From NCBI GenBank assembly GCA_964057225.1, contig OZ059895.1, forward strand, positions 8,990,001 to 9,054,000: a DNA stretch of 64,000 nt, given 5' to 3'. Shown piece after piece: positions 30,867 through 44,218 of this stretch (the stretch's first letter is position 1; every line of letters begins with the position of its first letter). A program made the position numbers and the translations under genes. Under the pieces are notes generated by a model that saw nothing but the letters and a program-made list of their open reading frames with translations, had not been told where the DNA came from and ran no database searches. Source of the DNA: Auanema rhodensis. Its lineage: Eukaryota; Animalia; Nematoda.

Positions 30867-32409
30867 ATGGTTAATGTAATTTTAAAAAGATATTTAAGAA
30901 ATACAAACATATTAATTTCAGAGGCCAGAACAACGTAATTCAAGGGGAAAACGAAAGAGTACCCCAAAAGAACGGGAAAAACTTCGTCATGGAGATATTA
31001 TAAAAAGCGAATCATATACGTGACTATACAATAATATTTATTATAATTCTTAATAAAAAAAAATAATTTTTCAAATAATTTTAGATGGAGGGTAATAAAT
31101 CTTCTTGGATCTGGCGGATTCGGAGACGTATATCGTGTTATTAAACTAAATAGTGATGATAACAGAGTAGTTATATAATTATATTTAATTAAATAAATTT
31201 ATTATTTTAGCCTTATGCCATGAAAACTGAAGTAGCTGCTGGAGATAGGCGACTACTCCGCTTGAAAGTTGAAGTTACTGTAGCTATGCAAGTAATGGAA
31301 CGATTAAGCGGTGATGAAAGAAAACATTTTGTGGAATTCATTGATAGAGGAATGACAGATTATTTCAAAGTTTAATCATTAATTATTAATTTATTTATAA
31401 TACTGTTTATAGTTTTTTGTAATGAGGTTGATTGGTCCAAGTTTAGAAGATGTTCGAAGATGTTATTTATTAAAAAATTATTCAAAACCAACAGTAATTA
31501 TTAGCGCTATTCAAACATTGAAAGCAATAGCATTACTTCATCAATTAGGATGGATTCATAGGTAATTTTTTGAATATTTCATGAAAATTTATAGAGAATT
31601 CAGAGATATCAAGCCACAAAATTTTGCTGTCGGACTTGAAGAATATGAAAAAATCATTTATATTCTAGATTTTGGAATAGCTAGACAATTCTGTGATGAG
31701 AACAGAGTTATAAGGTTATTTTTTCTTTTATTTAAAAGTTTTTTTTTCAAATTTAGAACTCCACGATTGAGTGTCAAATTTATGGGAACAATACGATTTG
31801 CATCGCGTGCTGCTCATCTAGGAATGGAACAAGATAGGAAAGATGATTTAGAAACTTGGCTATATATGGTTTATTGATATCCAAAGCTAAATAAGAAATA
31901 TTATAAATTAAGGTTTTTGATTTATTTGATGATATGGATGGCCTACCATGGAAACGAACAATTGATAGAAATGAAGTTATAAGACAAAAACGTTATCTTA
32001 TGGAAGGTAGAGAGGGTAAATTCTTTTATTTTTCATGTAATTTCTTTTGAAATTCTGAAAGTTTAGTTCCTAAACGTACATTTGCTATAACTCCACCAGA
32101 ATTTAAATCATTAATTAAATATATATCTGATTTAAAATATGGTGATGATCCAGATTACAGGTAAAATATAATATAAATTGTTCTTAAAATATAAATTTAT
32201 AGATATATTCATAACATGTTAGAATATATTGCTGCTACAAATAATATACCGTTAGATAGAAAATTAGATTGGATTGGAAAGTTAAATGATAAGCAACAAG
32301 TGAATAATGATGTATGTCGTGTATATTTAAATTAATATTATTAATAATATTATTTCAGAGAGAAACATCAAATAACCGTAGAACATCTACTGATGATTCA
32401 GATGATTAA
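30867..32409 (+). CDS. CK1/tau-tubulin kinase-like Ser/Thr kinase (nematode-expanded family)
   Basis: LGSGGFGDVY, YAMKTE, LIGPSL, HRDIKPQNF, LDFGIAR, MGTIRFASRAAH..EQDRKDDLE, LPW. Confidence 0.9.
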
Positions 32410-33539
32410 TTTTGAATAAATCCTAATTCAACTTTTTTGGAATTTTTTTAGATTAACAGATCAAAGGCATACCTGTTATTTCTTAACAACCTCACATTTA
32501 TCTCTTTTTTTTTTGAAATTAAAATAAGTAATTCTAAATACTCTTCCAAGAATTAGACAATGAATAATATATTATGAACAATATAATTGCCTATGATAAA
32601 CTAAACTTAAACTTTCCATTATAAAGATTTTTAACATCATATGAATTATTTTTATAAATTTAATAAGAATAAACTACATGTTCAAGCAAAATTTATTTGT
32701 TAAAGAAACAAATAAAGTATATCCAAATATTCTTCGCCATTGACGATACACAGTCGGACAGCTCAGTATTTTTCAATAGTATTTTAAAAATACAAAAGCT
32801 TTGTAATTTAAACTACGCTAATAGAAGAGCAATAGATTATTAGATTCAAAGGAGTGAACAGGTAATAACGCAAGAATAGTAGAAGAGTCGAACGTAAAAG
32901 GAAATTATCAATACATTCACTCATACAGAGAAGGCACGAAACAGAAGAAGTAAAAGCTGGAGATTCGGCTCTAGAATGTATATGATACATACTATAGAAG
33001 CACATATTGAAATGTGCAATTTTGGGGTACAGACGTAGCACTTTAAAGAGGAAGACGTGTCATTGAACCTCTGCTTCAATACGGAGAAAAATGACGCCAA
33101 GGGTTTGCTTGATATAGAATTATTTCAGGGTAACATTGTGAAGAAGACAGAAAAAAATAATTATGACAGGAATTTGAGCAGTGAAAACTAATAGAAATCA
33201 CAAACATAGTACTATACGAACTGGGGCAAACAGGAACACATTACAATCATAAGGGCGTCATAGTTAAATTCGAGTTAAAATTACTTTTTGTAAATAAAAC
33301 TACTGTTCGGATATGTGTCGACTCATGTGGTACATGGCGATAAATAGTTCTTAGACGATATGCTCCTCTATAACGTATTACTTCTTATGTTATAAACAAA
33401 CAAAATATTTGAAACTGATGATGCTGAGAAACGTGCTGTTGAGTAATACAGGATTGTGAGAAAGAAGGATTGGAAGATATAATTCAAAACAAAGGCTTAA
33501 TCAGATCAAATGATCATAGTTTCTGTATTGTTTAATGGA

Positions 33540-36500
33540 TTAGGCTTTTCCACCTGAACCCAATTGAACTCTGCAACATATAAATCCGTTCTCATTTCCG
33601 GTATAAAGACAGGCAGAGTTATCTGGACAACTTTGTGGTGTTCCGGTACGAGCATATCTGGAAAAGCGGGATGAATGATGATAGATTATGTAATTAAACT
33701 TACGGGTTGCAAGTACGATAGTTACCAGCCAACTCAACAGGAACAAGATTAGCTGGTTGTGGAGGACAGACATTTGGAAGTCGAACATCTGATTCCAAAC
33801 CACAGCAAATATATCGTTCAAGATTGGTACTGAATTGACAATGTCTGTTGGCACCACATCCTTGAATATTATCATTCAAAGGAGCGGATGGAGAACAGTA
33901 CTTATACTGAGCACCACTCTCTCCCGGAACAGGAACTAATTGTGGTGGACAATCTTCAAAGGAGATAATATGAAAACTTTAAAAAATGAAAAAGACTTAC
34001 ATCCGGTATCAACGCTATCGGGAGATCGACAACAGTAGAAGGCATTGACAGATGTAGTAGTGGTTGAGAACCAACAGAAGAAGTTTCCTGGACAAGCTCC
34101 ATCAACGTTTGGAGTACATTGCATTGGTTGAAGAGATAAAGCGGAGATGAATGGAGTAGATTGAGCAGGACACAGAGCTGAACATTATGGTTTAGTTAAT
34201 AATAATACAATCGGTACGACTTACATTGTAACTCAGTGCTTGCACCACAGCAAACGTTTTGATCCAATAAAGGAGAGCTGTAGCATGTGTAGCCATCAGG
34301 ACATCCTCCAGAAACGCGTCCATTTCCTCCAGGATTGCTACATTGAACAAGTCGGCTGCCATCACCATCCTTGGCAACAACAGTACCAGGAGGACATGAT
34401 TCCGAAAGACAGTAATTTTGGCAGGACTTCTGGCTAGCGAAGTTGTTGCGGTTTCCTTCGCATCCATTGTATTCAAATGTTTGGCATGTTTTACTATCAG
34501 CATTGAAGTACCAACGGGTAATTCTGGTGGAAGAACAACGAACTCCAACATCACGAGGTTGAGAGCAGACATAGTTCTTAGATGGACAACAGAGAGATTT
34601 TGTTTGATAGACTGTTCCAGTCCAGGTGGTAACTGGAGTACAGTAGTGAGTAGATGGACATTGTCGATTTGTTGTGCAAGCACGAGCAGCTCCGTTTTGC
34701 TCTTTCCATACCTAAGTGAAGCAAATATTTAAAATTAGATAGAAATAAATTTATATTTTGGTTTTTATTGTTGGAAACTTGAGAGTGATACGAAAAGCGT
34801 TCAAAAATATATAAATAAGTGGAGAAGCTGATGATCATGTTTGAATATAAATATTTCACGGGCCAAATATTCTTATCTAACCGTATCCTACGTAGTCATT
34901 CAAAATAATAAATAGATTAATGAATATCCTTATGACCTAGTCGGTGAAAAGAAAAGTAAATAGAGCAAACTGAGGCTTCATCTCAAAGAGACCATATGCT
35001 GAAGTTTGCTTTGGTGATTATTCATCTCAATCACTTAATACATTCCAAATATATAGATTAACTATGCCGACTTTGATGACTTTGGTGACTTTATCTACAT
35101 ACAGCTTTTATTTTATATCCAAAATAGAAAGAGCCTTATGTAGCATTATAAATTATTCTTTTTTTTGAGTAAACCCTCAAACAACGGTTTTTGTAAAATT
35201 TGTTAAGTTTTTAAAAGAACTTATAACACACCTCTCCACCATCTGGACAAGATTCAACTCTACAGTAATCTTTACAATCTTGTTGGGTAGCGAAGTTATT
35301 AGAGTTTCCGTCACATCCATTGAAACTGTATGTTTGGCAGGTACGAGTGGTAGAGTCATAATACCATCTGGTAACGGCTGGACCGCAACTGGCTCCAGAT
35401 TTGTATGATAAGGAACAAGTGTAAGCTGTAAAAAAAAAGTATGAAAGAATAGATCGTAACACCATAATACCTTGAGTTGGACAGCAACCGTAGGTAGTAC
35501 CGTCATAATAACAATAGTGATTAGCTGGGCATGTGGTTGAAGCAGCAGAGCTTCCTCCACAGATGATGAAGTTACCATTATTATCGGTGAGAGCAGTTCC
35601 TTGGATACATTGTGGTTCGCCTGAAGCATGAAGGTAAAATACAATATTGTACAATACAATTACTTCTAGCATCACGGCAGTAATCTTGACATTCCTTGTA
35701 AGTTTCGAAGTTGTTAGCGTTACCCTGGCAGCCAGAATAAATGAACTCTTCGCAATTTCCGGTTTTAGCGTTGAACCACCAACGGTTAGAGTATGTACCA
35801 CAATTTCCTTGTTCTCGTGGCAACTTACACACGTACTGCGGACGTGGGCAACAGACTCCACCGAATGTTGTCGAACCTGAATAACATTCAAATAAGTGTT
35901 CATTACACAATAATATGAATACCGGAAGTAGATTCACAAGAGTGAGTAGATGGGCATGAATTGGCTCCACTGCCAGTTGGGGAGCACTCCATGTTGCGTT
36001 CTCCAGAGGAATCCTTAAGGGGCTCTCCAGCAGAGCAAAGAACTTAACAAGAAAAAAATAGAATAAAATTTTTGAACTTCAACTTACTTCTTGAGCAGAA
36101 CTTTTCACAGTGATCTTGAGATAAGAAATTGTTGAAATTACCTCCTTGTCCTAGGTACTAAATCAAATGGTCAAAAGGTAACTTCAGTTCCCGACTTACC
36201 GAGAATTGAATACAGCGCCCTTCACGAGAATCATAGTAGAATCTTGGAGAGGTAGTGCCAGATCCATCAGGGATTCCAACATCGAAGTATTCAGTAGGCA
36301 AGCCACCAGCTGTGTTGTAAACTTCACTAGGAATACCTCCGTTGCGAGAACAGATGAACACTGTAAGTCAATTTTTTGGATAAAATTCGAAATCAAAGTG
36401 CACAAAATCGCTTTTGAGCAAAACATACAGTAGGTAGGACAGCATTGTTGCAGAGTTCCCATTGTGGTACATTGATAATTTGGATTATTACATCCATTAT

Positions 36501-39215
36501 CGTTTCCTTGACAGTATACAGGCTCTTGCTTAACTCCAGTAGTTCTATCACGATATAATGGTAAACCACGATTACAAGCTGAATAAGGTAATTATAATAA
36601 GAGTTTAATAATATGTTACTCTATACTTACTTTGTTTACAATAGGATTCACAATGGTCTTTTGTTTGGAAATTATTGGCATTTCCACCTGAAAAATTAAC
36701 TTTGTTCAAAAGAGTTTTAGAAACATTTCATACCATATCCTTGATATTTGAGCTCGCGGCATTCGCCGGTAATAGGGTCGTGGTACCAGTGGTTAAGGGT
36801 GGTTCCTCCGCCTGGTGGAGTATTTCCCTCATTTGGTGGTTGAATACAAGCGAAAGCTGAAAGGCAAGAGTATGCTTATCATATTCTTATACTCGAGTTT
36901 CTTTTAGTATCAATAGCTTAAATAAGCCAAACTTTCTTTTCTTTTTTTCGCTAACGAATTCAATCAAACTATCATTATATTCTAATAACTAAAGATATTC
37001 CTATTAGATTACCAAACTATGAGAAGCATGTGAACGAAGCAATGTCGAACGAGAGACATGCTAGGATTCGTATACGGAACTGTACGGCTAACTCAGAAAG
37101 AAAGTCAATAAATGGTATCGACCAGTCAAGTGAAGAGTGTTGAGAGAAAAGTAAGCTATGAAGATCTCTATTAGCCCAATGAGTAATCGCCGGTCACTTA
37201 TAGGCAGTGAGAGAAAAGCAAAGGCACAAAGAGTCTCATCTTCAAAATCTTGTTTATCATTCCTTCATAGCTTGGACGATTCACATTTTTACTTCCTCAT
37301 GTTCTCCTATCATCTTCTTTAAATCAAGAGGAAATCAGAGAACAGCAGGATGAAGGAAGAAAACGTGCGCGAAAAGCAATAGATCTGCAAATCGGCTTTT
37401 CCTTTTTTGGTTATCTAAGACTCTTCAAGAGAACAGTATTGTCTCTTGGGGAAAGAAATCTTGTGTGTATATTCAAACGCCACGTGCAAATAATACCTAA
37501 CACACAAAAAGAAATTCAACCTTATTTGAAATGCTTTGGCTATCTTGTCGAAGAAAACTAATGTTCTAACTTTCAAGGGTATTCATAGCTCACATTCCTT
37601 AAGTTCCGATGTTCCAACTTAGAGGTTCACCAAAATTATATTTCTCTCCTTCGCGTATAAGCTGATACCAGAATTTTCGAAAAAAATTAAACCTATTGAA
37701 AGAATAGAGCAATGAATTGAAATCAAAGTGCAAATGTCTCGGTAATCTCGATACTTCTCAAACAACTTCTCAGTTTTCTCGATACAAATAAAAAATCAAG
37801 AAAGAAAAACGTGAGCTTTTCACCAAAAATGACAATGCATTGTCTCGACATTTTTTGTGTCAAATGTTAATTCGTGACTTCCGCAATTACTTACCTCTGC
37901 TCGGACAGCAGAAACTAATAGGATTGTTGACTGTACAGTCATCAGAATCACATATACAATCGTATGCTAAAGCACCAATAGCCTCACAAGTGGCATCAGC
38001 ACCTAAAACCATAATATCTTGGGAGAAAATCCAGCTTATGCTTACCACCGTAGCATTGTTGTACTTGGTTCTCAATACGGAACTTAGGGTTATTTCCATT
38101 GAGTGGGCAGAATCCATAGTTCAGACAAACCTAAATCATAAACGGTTCCAAATAATCGAAACCATATTTCTTACAAGTCCATCACGAGTACGGAAAGGTG
38201 GTTGATTGTTAGCGCATCGACATTCTCCTGATCTACAGTAGGCACCCGGCCAAACGGCTTCACATTGTCTGTTCTGTGTACATCCGGATTCTCCGGGATT
38301 GATTTCTATAAATAGAAGAGAATTCTCTCCGAAACGTTTCCCGTATTGTTTGGAGCCTTGGATTTGGTGGTTAGTGAGAGATTCGTCTTCTTTATATCAT
38401 ATGGGAAACTAAGAAAAAAAGCTACTCTTTACTAATATCATATTAACACAAGCATTCATATTCATTCTCAATATTTTATAATTCCAAAAATTCGATATTA
38501 TTAGTGTCTCCATAATGACTTAATATATATATAGCACAAGCGAGGCCAGCTAAAAAATGAAAACAAAAACACGAAAAAAAGAAAGACGAGAAGAATAGGG
38601 AAGAAGGTAATGTCTAATATATGTGTCTGTTGCCGCAAAATCTACTGACCTCTCATGTGGTTGTTTCAAATTATTCTCTCACTCTTGGAGAGTTAGGCAA
38701 TATATTTTTTGAAGAGAACAGACCAAAATAAAAATAAGATTGTGAGAAAAATAACCCAGAACATTGAAGAATAGAGGATGAACAAAGCGATCAAGACTAC
38801 TATATATCAAAGAAACGCCTAAGACGCAATTCACGGAACACGTCAAAATAGACTAGTCGAGGGATAGGAAAGGACAAAAGAAGCTGGAGCAAGTTCATAA
38901 TAGAGTGTCTGTCTATGTGTATGATAATGAAAAGAAGATAATCAACTGTTAATATAAAGTTTAGGGAAGGTAACCAGTACAAAAATAACGCATATGAAGA
39001 GCAGACTTACTTCGCCAACAGTACGAATCAATTTCAACATAGGTAGTGAGGCAAGCACAGCGCTTATTACCGGCACAATAGTTACCAGTACCACAATCGG
39101 TGGAAACCTCACATGGCCGGCCTACGGTACCATGTTGGGCAGAAACAGAGTAAGGGCCTAGGTTTAGTAGAAAGGATGAAATTAGTAGAACAGCGCCCGC
39201 TGACAGCCACGCCAT
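33540..39215 (-). CDS. Secreted EB + Kunitz/BPTI + lustrin Cys-rich protein (cuticle/moult protease-inhibitor type)
   Basis: Signal peptide MAWLSAGAVLLISSFLL; EB module; about five Kunitz domains (FIYSGCQGNANNF, YSFNGCDGNSNNF, FEYNGCEGNRNNF) alternating with Cys-rich repeats ending ..CCP. Confidence 0.92.
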
Positions 39216-39227
39216 GTCGAGTGCCGT

Positions 39228-42200
39228 CTATGGGGGCGGAGCCATTACCTCAGCCAGCTCTCGCTCCACCCGCCAGCCGTCCGCCTAAAACAATCAAATT
39301 AAATTTTTGCCAAATAGACTGGCACGGCCATTATCACGACGAACATAATCATCACTATCTTCTTCTTTAACACGGAATCTACTCTTGGATTAAGCCAAGT
39401 AATCCCCCCACTCGAATAAACATTTTTAAGAAATAGAGAATGCCTAGCAAAGCATACACCCATCAAAATTGGCTAGACATTGCGAAAAAACCTAAATGAA
39501 ATCTACCGTATTTCACTTAAAGTAAACTCTGAATTATACCCCAAATGAAGCAACCAGGAAGCTAAAGATTGTTCAAGAAAAAAATCAAAGCTATCGACCA
39601 AGGCTTGCAAAATTGGTGATAGGTTTATTGTCTAAATCAAAAAAGTTTTTAAGAAATTCGTGATGAGAATGCTATTCAGATCTATCTTTCCGTAGCTTCA
39701 TTCTCGTCATCTCGTTAGTATTAGATTGTTCTTCTCGCTACGATGTTTTCCTTTTCCTGTCCTCTCTACCTGTGTCACCATATCTCTGAGCTCGTCATAC
39801 TCCTTACAAGAAAGAGGCAGTCTCTCAAATAGACATAATCTGGCACTATCCTCTAAGGAAAGAGACAACACAAATAAAGAATTAAGAAAGTCTCTTAGCA
39901 GGTCACAGGTCAGTCGAACAAACATAGACCAAGCCCACTAATAGAGCCCACTCACAACAGTAACTATTAGAGTATAAGTTATACTATATATATACTATTA
40001 CTTTATGATAAAGGGAGCGCCTGAATAATAATAAAAATTTTACCTCGCAAATGAATCCATGATGTATTAAACTCTTAGTTAGCGATTCCGCTGTATCTCC
40101 TTCGACTACTTCCGTTGTTAATTGTCGATTCATCAGATCTTCTAACTGTAGCCATATCGTGAGTTCTCTCAAAAAACTGAAACAGCTACTTATACCACTG
40201 ATAGATGATTAATTCAAAACCTAGTTTCGGAAGTAATCCGTATATTTAGAATAGTTCTATTTTCTCTATGCGACTCCTGTTCTATTATACCGGGAGGTGA
40301 AGGAGTTGGTTCAGGATCAGGTCTTTTTTGCGTGGAGCTTGAACATTGTGATTGCTCAGGAGCTTCAACCCGTGTTATAGTTGGTGGCTGTGAAGGATCC
40401 GTGGAGGACTGACCCTACTCAGAATATTACAAAAAATTAAAAGCACGATGAATTACCGTATTCTTTTTAATTGTTTCCCGGCCAAGTCCAAAAGCCGTTA
40501 ATGGATAAATTCCGTTTCGAACATCTTCTAAAAATTTCTCAAGATCGATTTGAAAGGCAGGAACTTGACAATATGCCATCTCTCGTAATTTGCTCGTTGC
40601 GGCAACCTGAAAAAATATAGTACGATTTACCATACATTTCAGCCTTGTTTATTATGCTCTATCCGATATTTGTAACTTTCTTATTCTTATTCATAACTAT
40701 CATTCAATACTAAGATGTCTAATTTGTCAAAAGTTCAATATAGTATTCGCAGTTCGGCGGAAGTAAAATTCTGTGTGTAAGGATTGTCCGCACATGAGCG
40801 AGATAGGTCCGTAAATTTAGGCAACAAACAAGAGCCGTTCGCGCAAATATTGACCACTACCTTGGCATGCGAGTCATCGTGAAGCACTAACACACAAAAG
40901 TCAAAAAGAAATTGTGACAAATGTTAACAATATTCTATATAATAAAGAAATAAATATACCTTTTCATTGTCTGGAACACGAAAGACACTATCTGATACAT
41001 CGTCATACATTTTACTGTCCACTATTGCATGAGCTGCTAAAAGTTTCAAGGAAGGGACCTAAAAGAGCTATTAAACAATATCTAAGTGATGAGATCAAAC
41101 CTCAAAAAGTGCAGGGTGAAATAAAAGTTGTCTCGCAGTAGGCCTTTTTTCAGGATCACGTTGGAGGCATTTTTCGATAAATTCCTTGAAAAATCAAATT
41201 GTATAAGGGTATAGTCGTCATTACATACTCGTTGTCGGGGATCTTCTAATGATCTTAAAGCCCTTTCTATTACTTCATTAGTTACAGGTCCTTCGTTACT
41301 GCCATTTGGACTACCACAAAGACCTCCTACTACAGCTATCTAACATTGATATGAATTATGAGCAGTTATCAAAATTAAATATACCTCAAGACCACACATA
41401 CCAAAAGAATATATATCAGCAGCTGATGTAACCGAATAAGAATCTCAAAATAAAAAATTAAAAAAAAAAGAAACTTCGAATTTCAACCTTTTGATTCATA
41501 TTCAGGAGCTACATAATGCATATTCCTCATATTTTCTCTACACGTTTTAACGTGATGGTTTATAGCATCAGGTGCTGAAATAATTATCACTATATTGCTA
41601 TATAATTCAAAATTTGCTTTATATCAAATCTATGTCTTTAATATTCAAATATGATATATCATATCAAAGTGCGCTCAAACTTCTATTTGTTGAGAGGTCA
41701 ACAGTACTATTTGACGTTGAAATTCAATGTACTCAAGAGATTGGCAGAATATCTAGTAATCAATGTGCCGTTCAACAATCTTCGCAGACAACGGCAATCT
41801 ACGTACCAGCTGGTTCAAGTTAAGGTTAGGTATTCACTTCCTGAACAAACAGTAAGTGCGCACGTAACAACCAGCACGTAGAAGCACAGACTTGAACCGG
41901 GAATTAGTTCTATCTTGAGACAAACAATCACTTATCGCCAAGGCGGTCATCGCCTAAGCTGAGCATTATGCAAGACACTCCTTTTCAACATAAATCTTCT
42001 AATGTATTTGCACGAAAATTGAACCAGAGAAAATTGCAACACGCCCTACTACATCTGCTTTGTAACTCGTTTGAAGAGCAAAGTGTGGTTCACTTAGTTC
42101 ATGTTCCACATATCAACATAGTCACAAAAATAGGTAACTGACCGCATCCAATCTTAATCAACCCGTTTTGTTGAATGAACACTGTATTACAAGTAAGATT

Positions 42201-42927
42201 CCCATGTGTGATAGGTGGAGTAGAGCTATGCAAATAATTCAAAGCAGATAAAATCTGCGTACACCATTTTTTCCATGCCTTAAACAATTCTATTCAAAAG
42301 GAAAGGAAAAAAAACATACTTTAACGCTAAGAGGAGTTCCAGATTTCCTAGTTCGTTGTAAAAATAAGGACATTGATCCAGACGACATATATTCAGTTAT
42401 AAAAATAATCTAAATAACAATGTAGCAGAATACAAAAAAGAAACGAAAAAACTTACGCGAGGTTTTTCTGATTTCTGGTCGGTCCAATATTTATGGAATT
42501 TAACAAGATTTGTATGATATAAGCTCGTCAAGTGATCAAACACACTGTTTATTTTTTCCTTAAATTAAAAGATATTTAAAGAAACAAATTTTAATAAACC
42601 TCTTGTGCTCTAAAATTTTTTCTTTCAGAAAATTGTACTTCATTCCAAACCACTTCATTTCCTAAATACACCAAACCGTAAAATACATACGCATGCTTCT
42701 TGCCTGTTTCATTATCCATAGCTAAATATGCCGCATCGATACCAGGAACGTCTCGTTGTTTTACTTGTTCCCTTCGTTTGGACCACCTTCTACAGGGGGA
42801 TTCTTCTAATATCTGAATAATAATAATTTTTAAAAAATAATAAGAAAAATAAGACCTCTTCGGCTCCATCCCCATCAGATTCAGAGTCTTTCGCGTCATC
42901 GGGAACGTGATCTTCGCCACCGGCCAT
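39228..42927 (-). CDS. hpo-11: Nuclear receptor-binding protein NRBP/MADM pseudokinase; last exon uncertain
   Basis: ILEESPCRRWSKRREQVKQRDVPGIDAAYLAMD, VVWNEVQF, AWKKWCTQILSALNYLH, HGNLTCNTVFIQ, GIYPLTAF, MNRQLT, HGFICE. Confidence 0.93.
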
Positions 42928-44218
42928 TTCAGCCTCACTATAATTACAGTACTTAGAGATATCAAGTAGCTTTTTTGAAAACAAATAAGTTTCTACAAGT
43001 AAATAGGAAATCAAAATTTTATCAAGCCTCCTGCTGTAAGCAATTCAATCATGAAACAGACTGATTCTTGAGAAAGGTACATGAGGTCGTAAGGCCTCAA
43101 TATTCGTTAATATAAAGTGATCCTATCTGTGAATTTTAATTTAAAAAATCAAGTTGAACATAAAGGATACATTATTAAGAAACTGTGAACAAGCGATAAC
43201 TCGATTTCTACTTCAGAGAATCGTTCATAATATGAGATAAGACAATCCAAAAATCAAAAAATATAAATTAAAAGAACCCTTACCAATAATCCTAACAAAG
43301 TACCACGTGATCGATCGATTCCCAATGTCACAAAAGTTCTCAAGACCTGTAACAGTACAAAAGTTGATATAAGCAAAGTGAACGATTAAAACAACAACAA
43401 AAACATAAACAAAAAAATTCAGAGCATTGACGAATCAATAGAGGTCCACATTTAAAGCTGAAATAAAAGTGAGGATATATCGTAAAGAATAAAGGGCACG
43501 CCAACGATGCCACCGTGAGGCAAAACGCTACAGCAGAAACAAAAAAAATCTGCACTGTAAGAAAATGTTAATAGACTAACAAGTGGGAAAATAGAATGAA
43601 ACAAATTAAAAATAAATAGCATCACTAATACTTGACAGTTCGTTTATTTGAAAAACTAACGCTTTTTACATATCTGGATGTTCAGTGAACTAAAATGCGT
43701 GAGCTACAGACTAATCGATATTGAACATCAAGATATATTATATTTGCAAATTAAGATATGCAGGGTTGTTGATACAAAACTGTTCGTTATATCTTCAAAA
43801 CAATTTAATAATAATAAAGCATTAATTACTACAGAAAACAGAGCATTTATAGAACCTGGAATGCAAATTTGTTAGCAAAATGAGCTAGCGTTGTATTGAC
43901 GCCAACGTTCGCGGAGGGCGCGCACTAAGTGCTTGTCACAAATGGAACATTTAAAAAAAGCAGCCTACGTATACATAAGAATGGCTTATGCTCTTCCATC
44001 ATACTGCGACTCATTGACATAATTTATGTTGTTCTTCTTCTTGGATGAAATTATTTTAATAAAAATGTATCTTTCATTGGAAAATGTAGTAGTGACATTA
44101 AGAAAAAACATTTATTTTCTGAATGAAACATGCAAGTTTCAAAACTACGACTAATATATATATATATATATTTGTATCTACATCTATCACATCACCCTTC
44201 AACTTCGATAACTTAATA

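Noticed and set aside
40861-40887. 26-nt AG..GT-flanked segment in an NRBP intron
   Set aside because: Not frame-preserving and no supporting motifs; cannot be told from chance
41952-41960. GCCTAAGC telomere-like or telomerase-template-like motif
   Set aside because: Single 8-mer, expected by chance; no TTAGGC array, and it is antisense to the host intron
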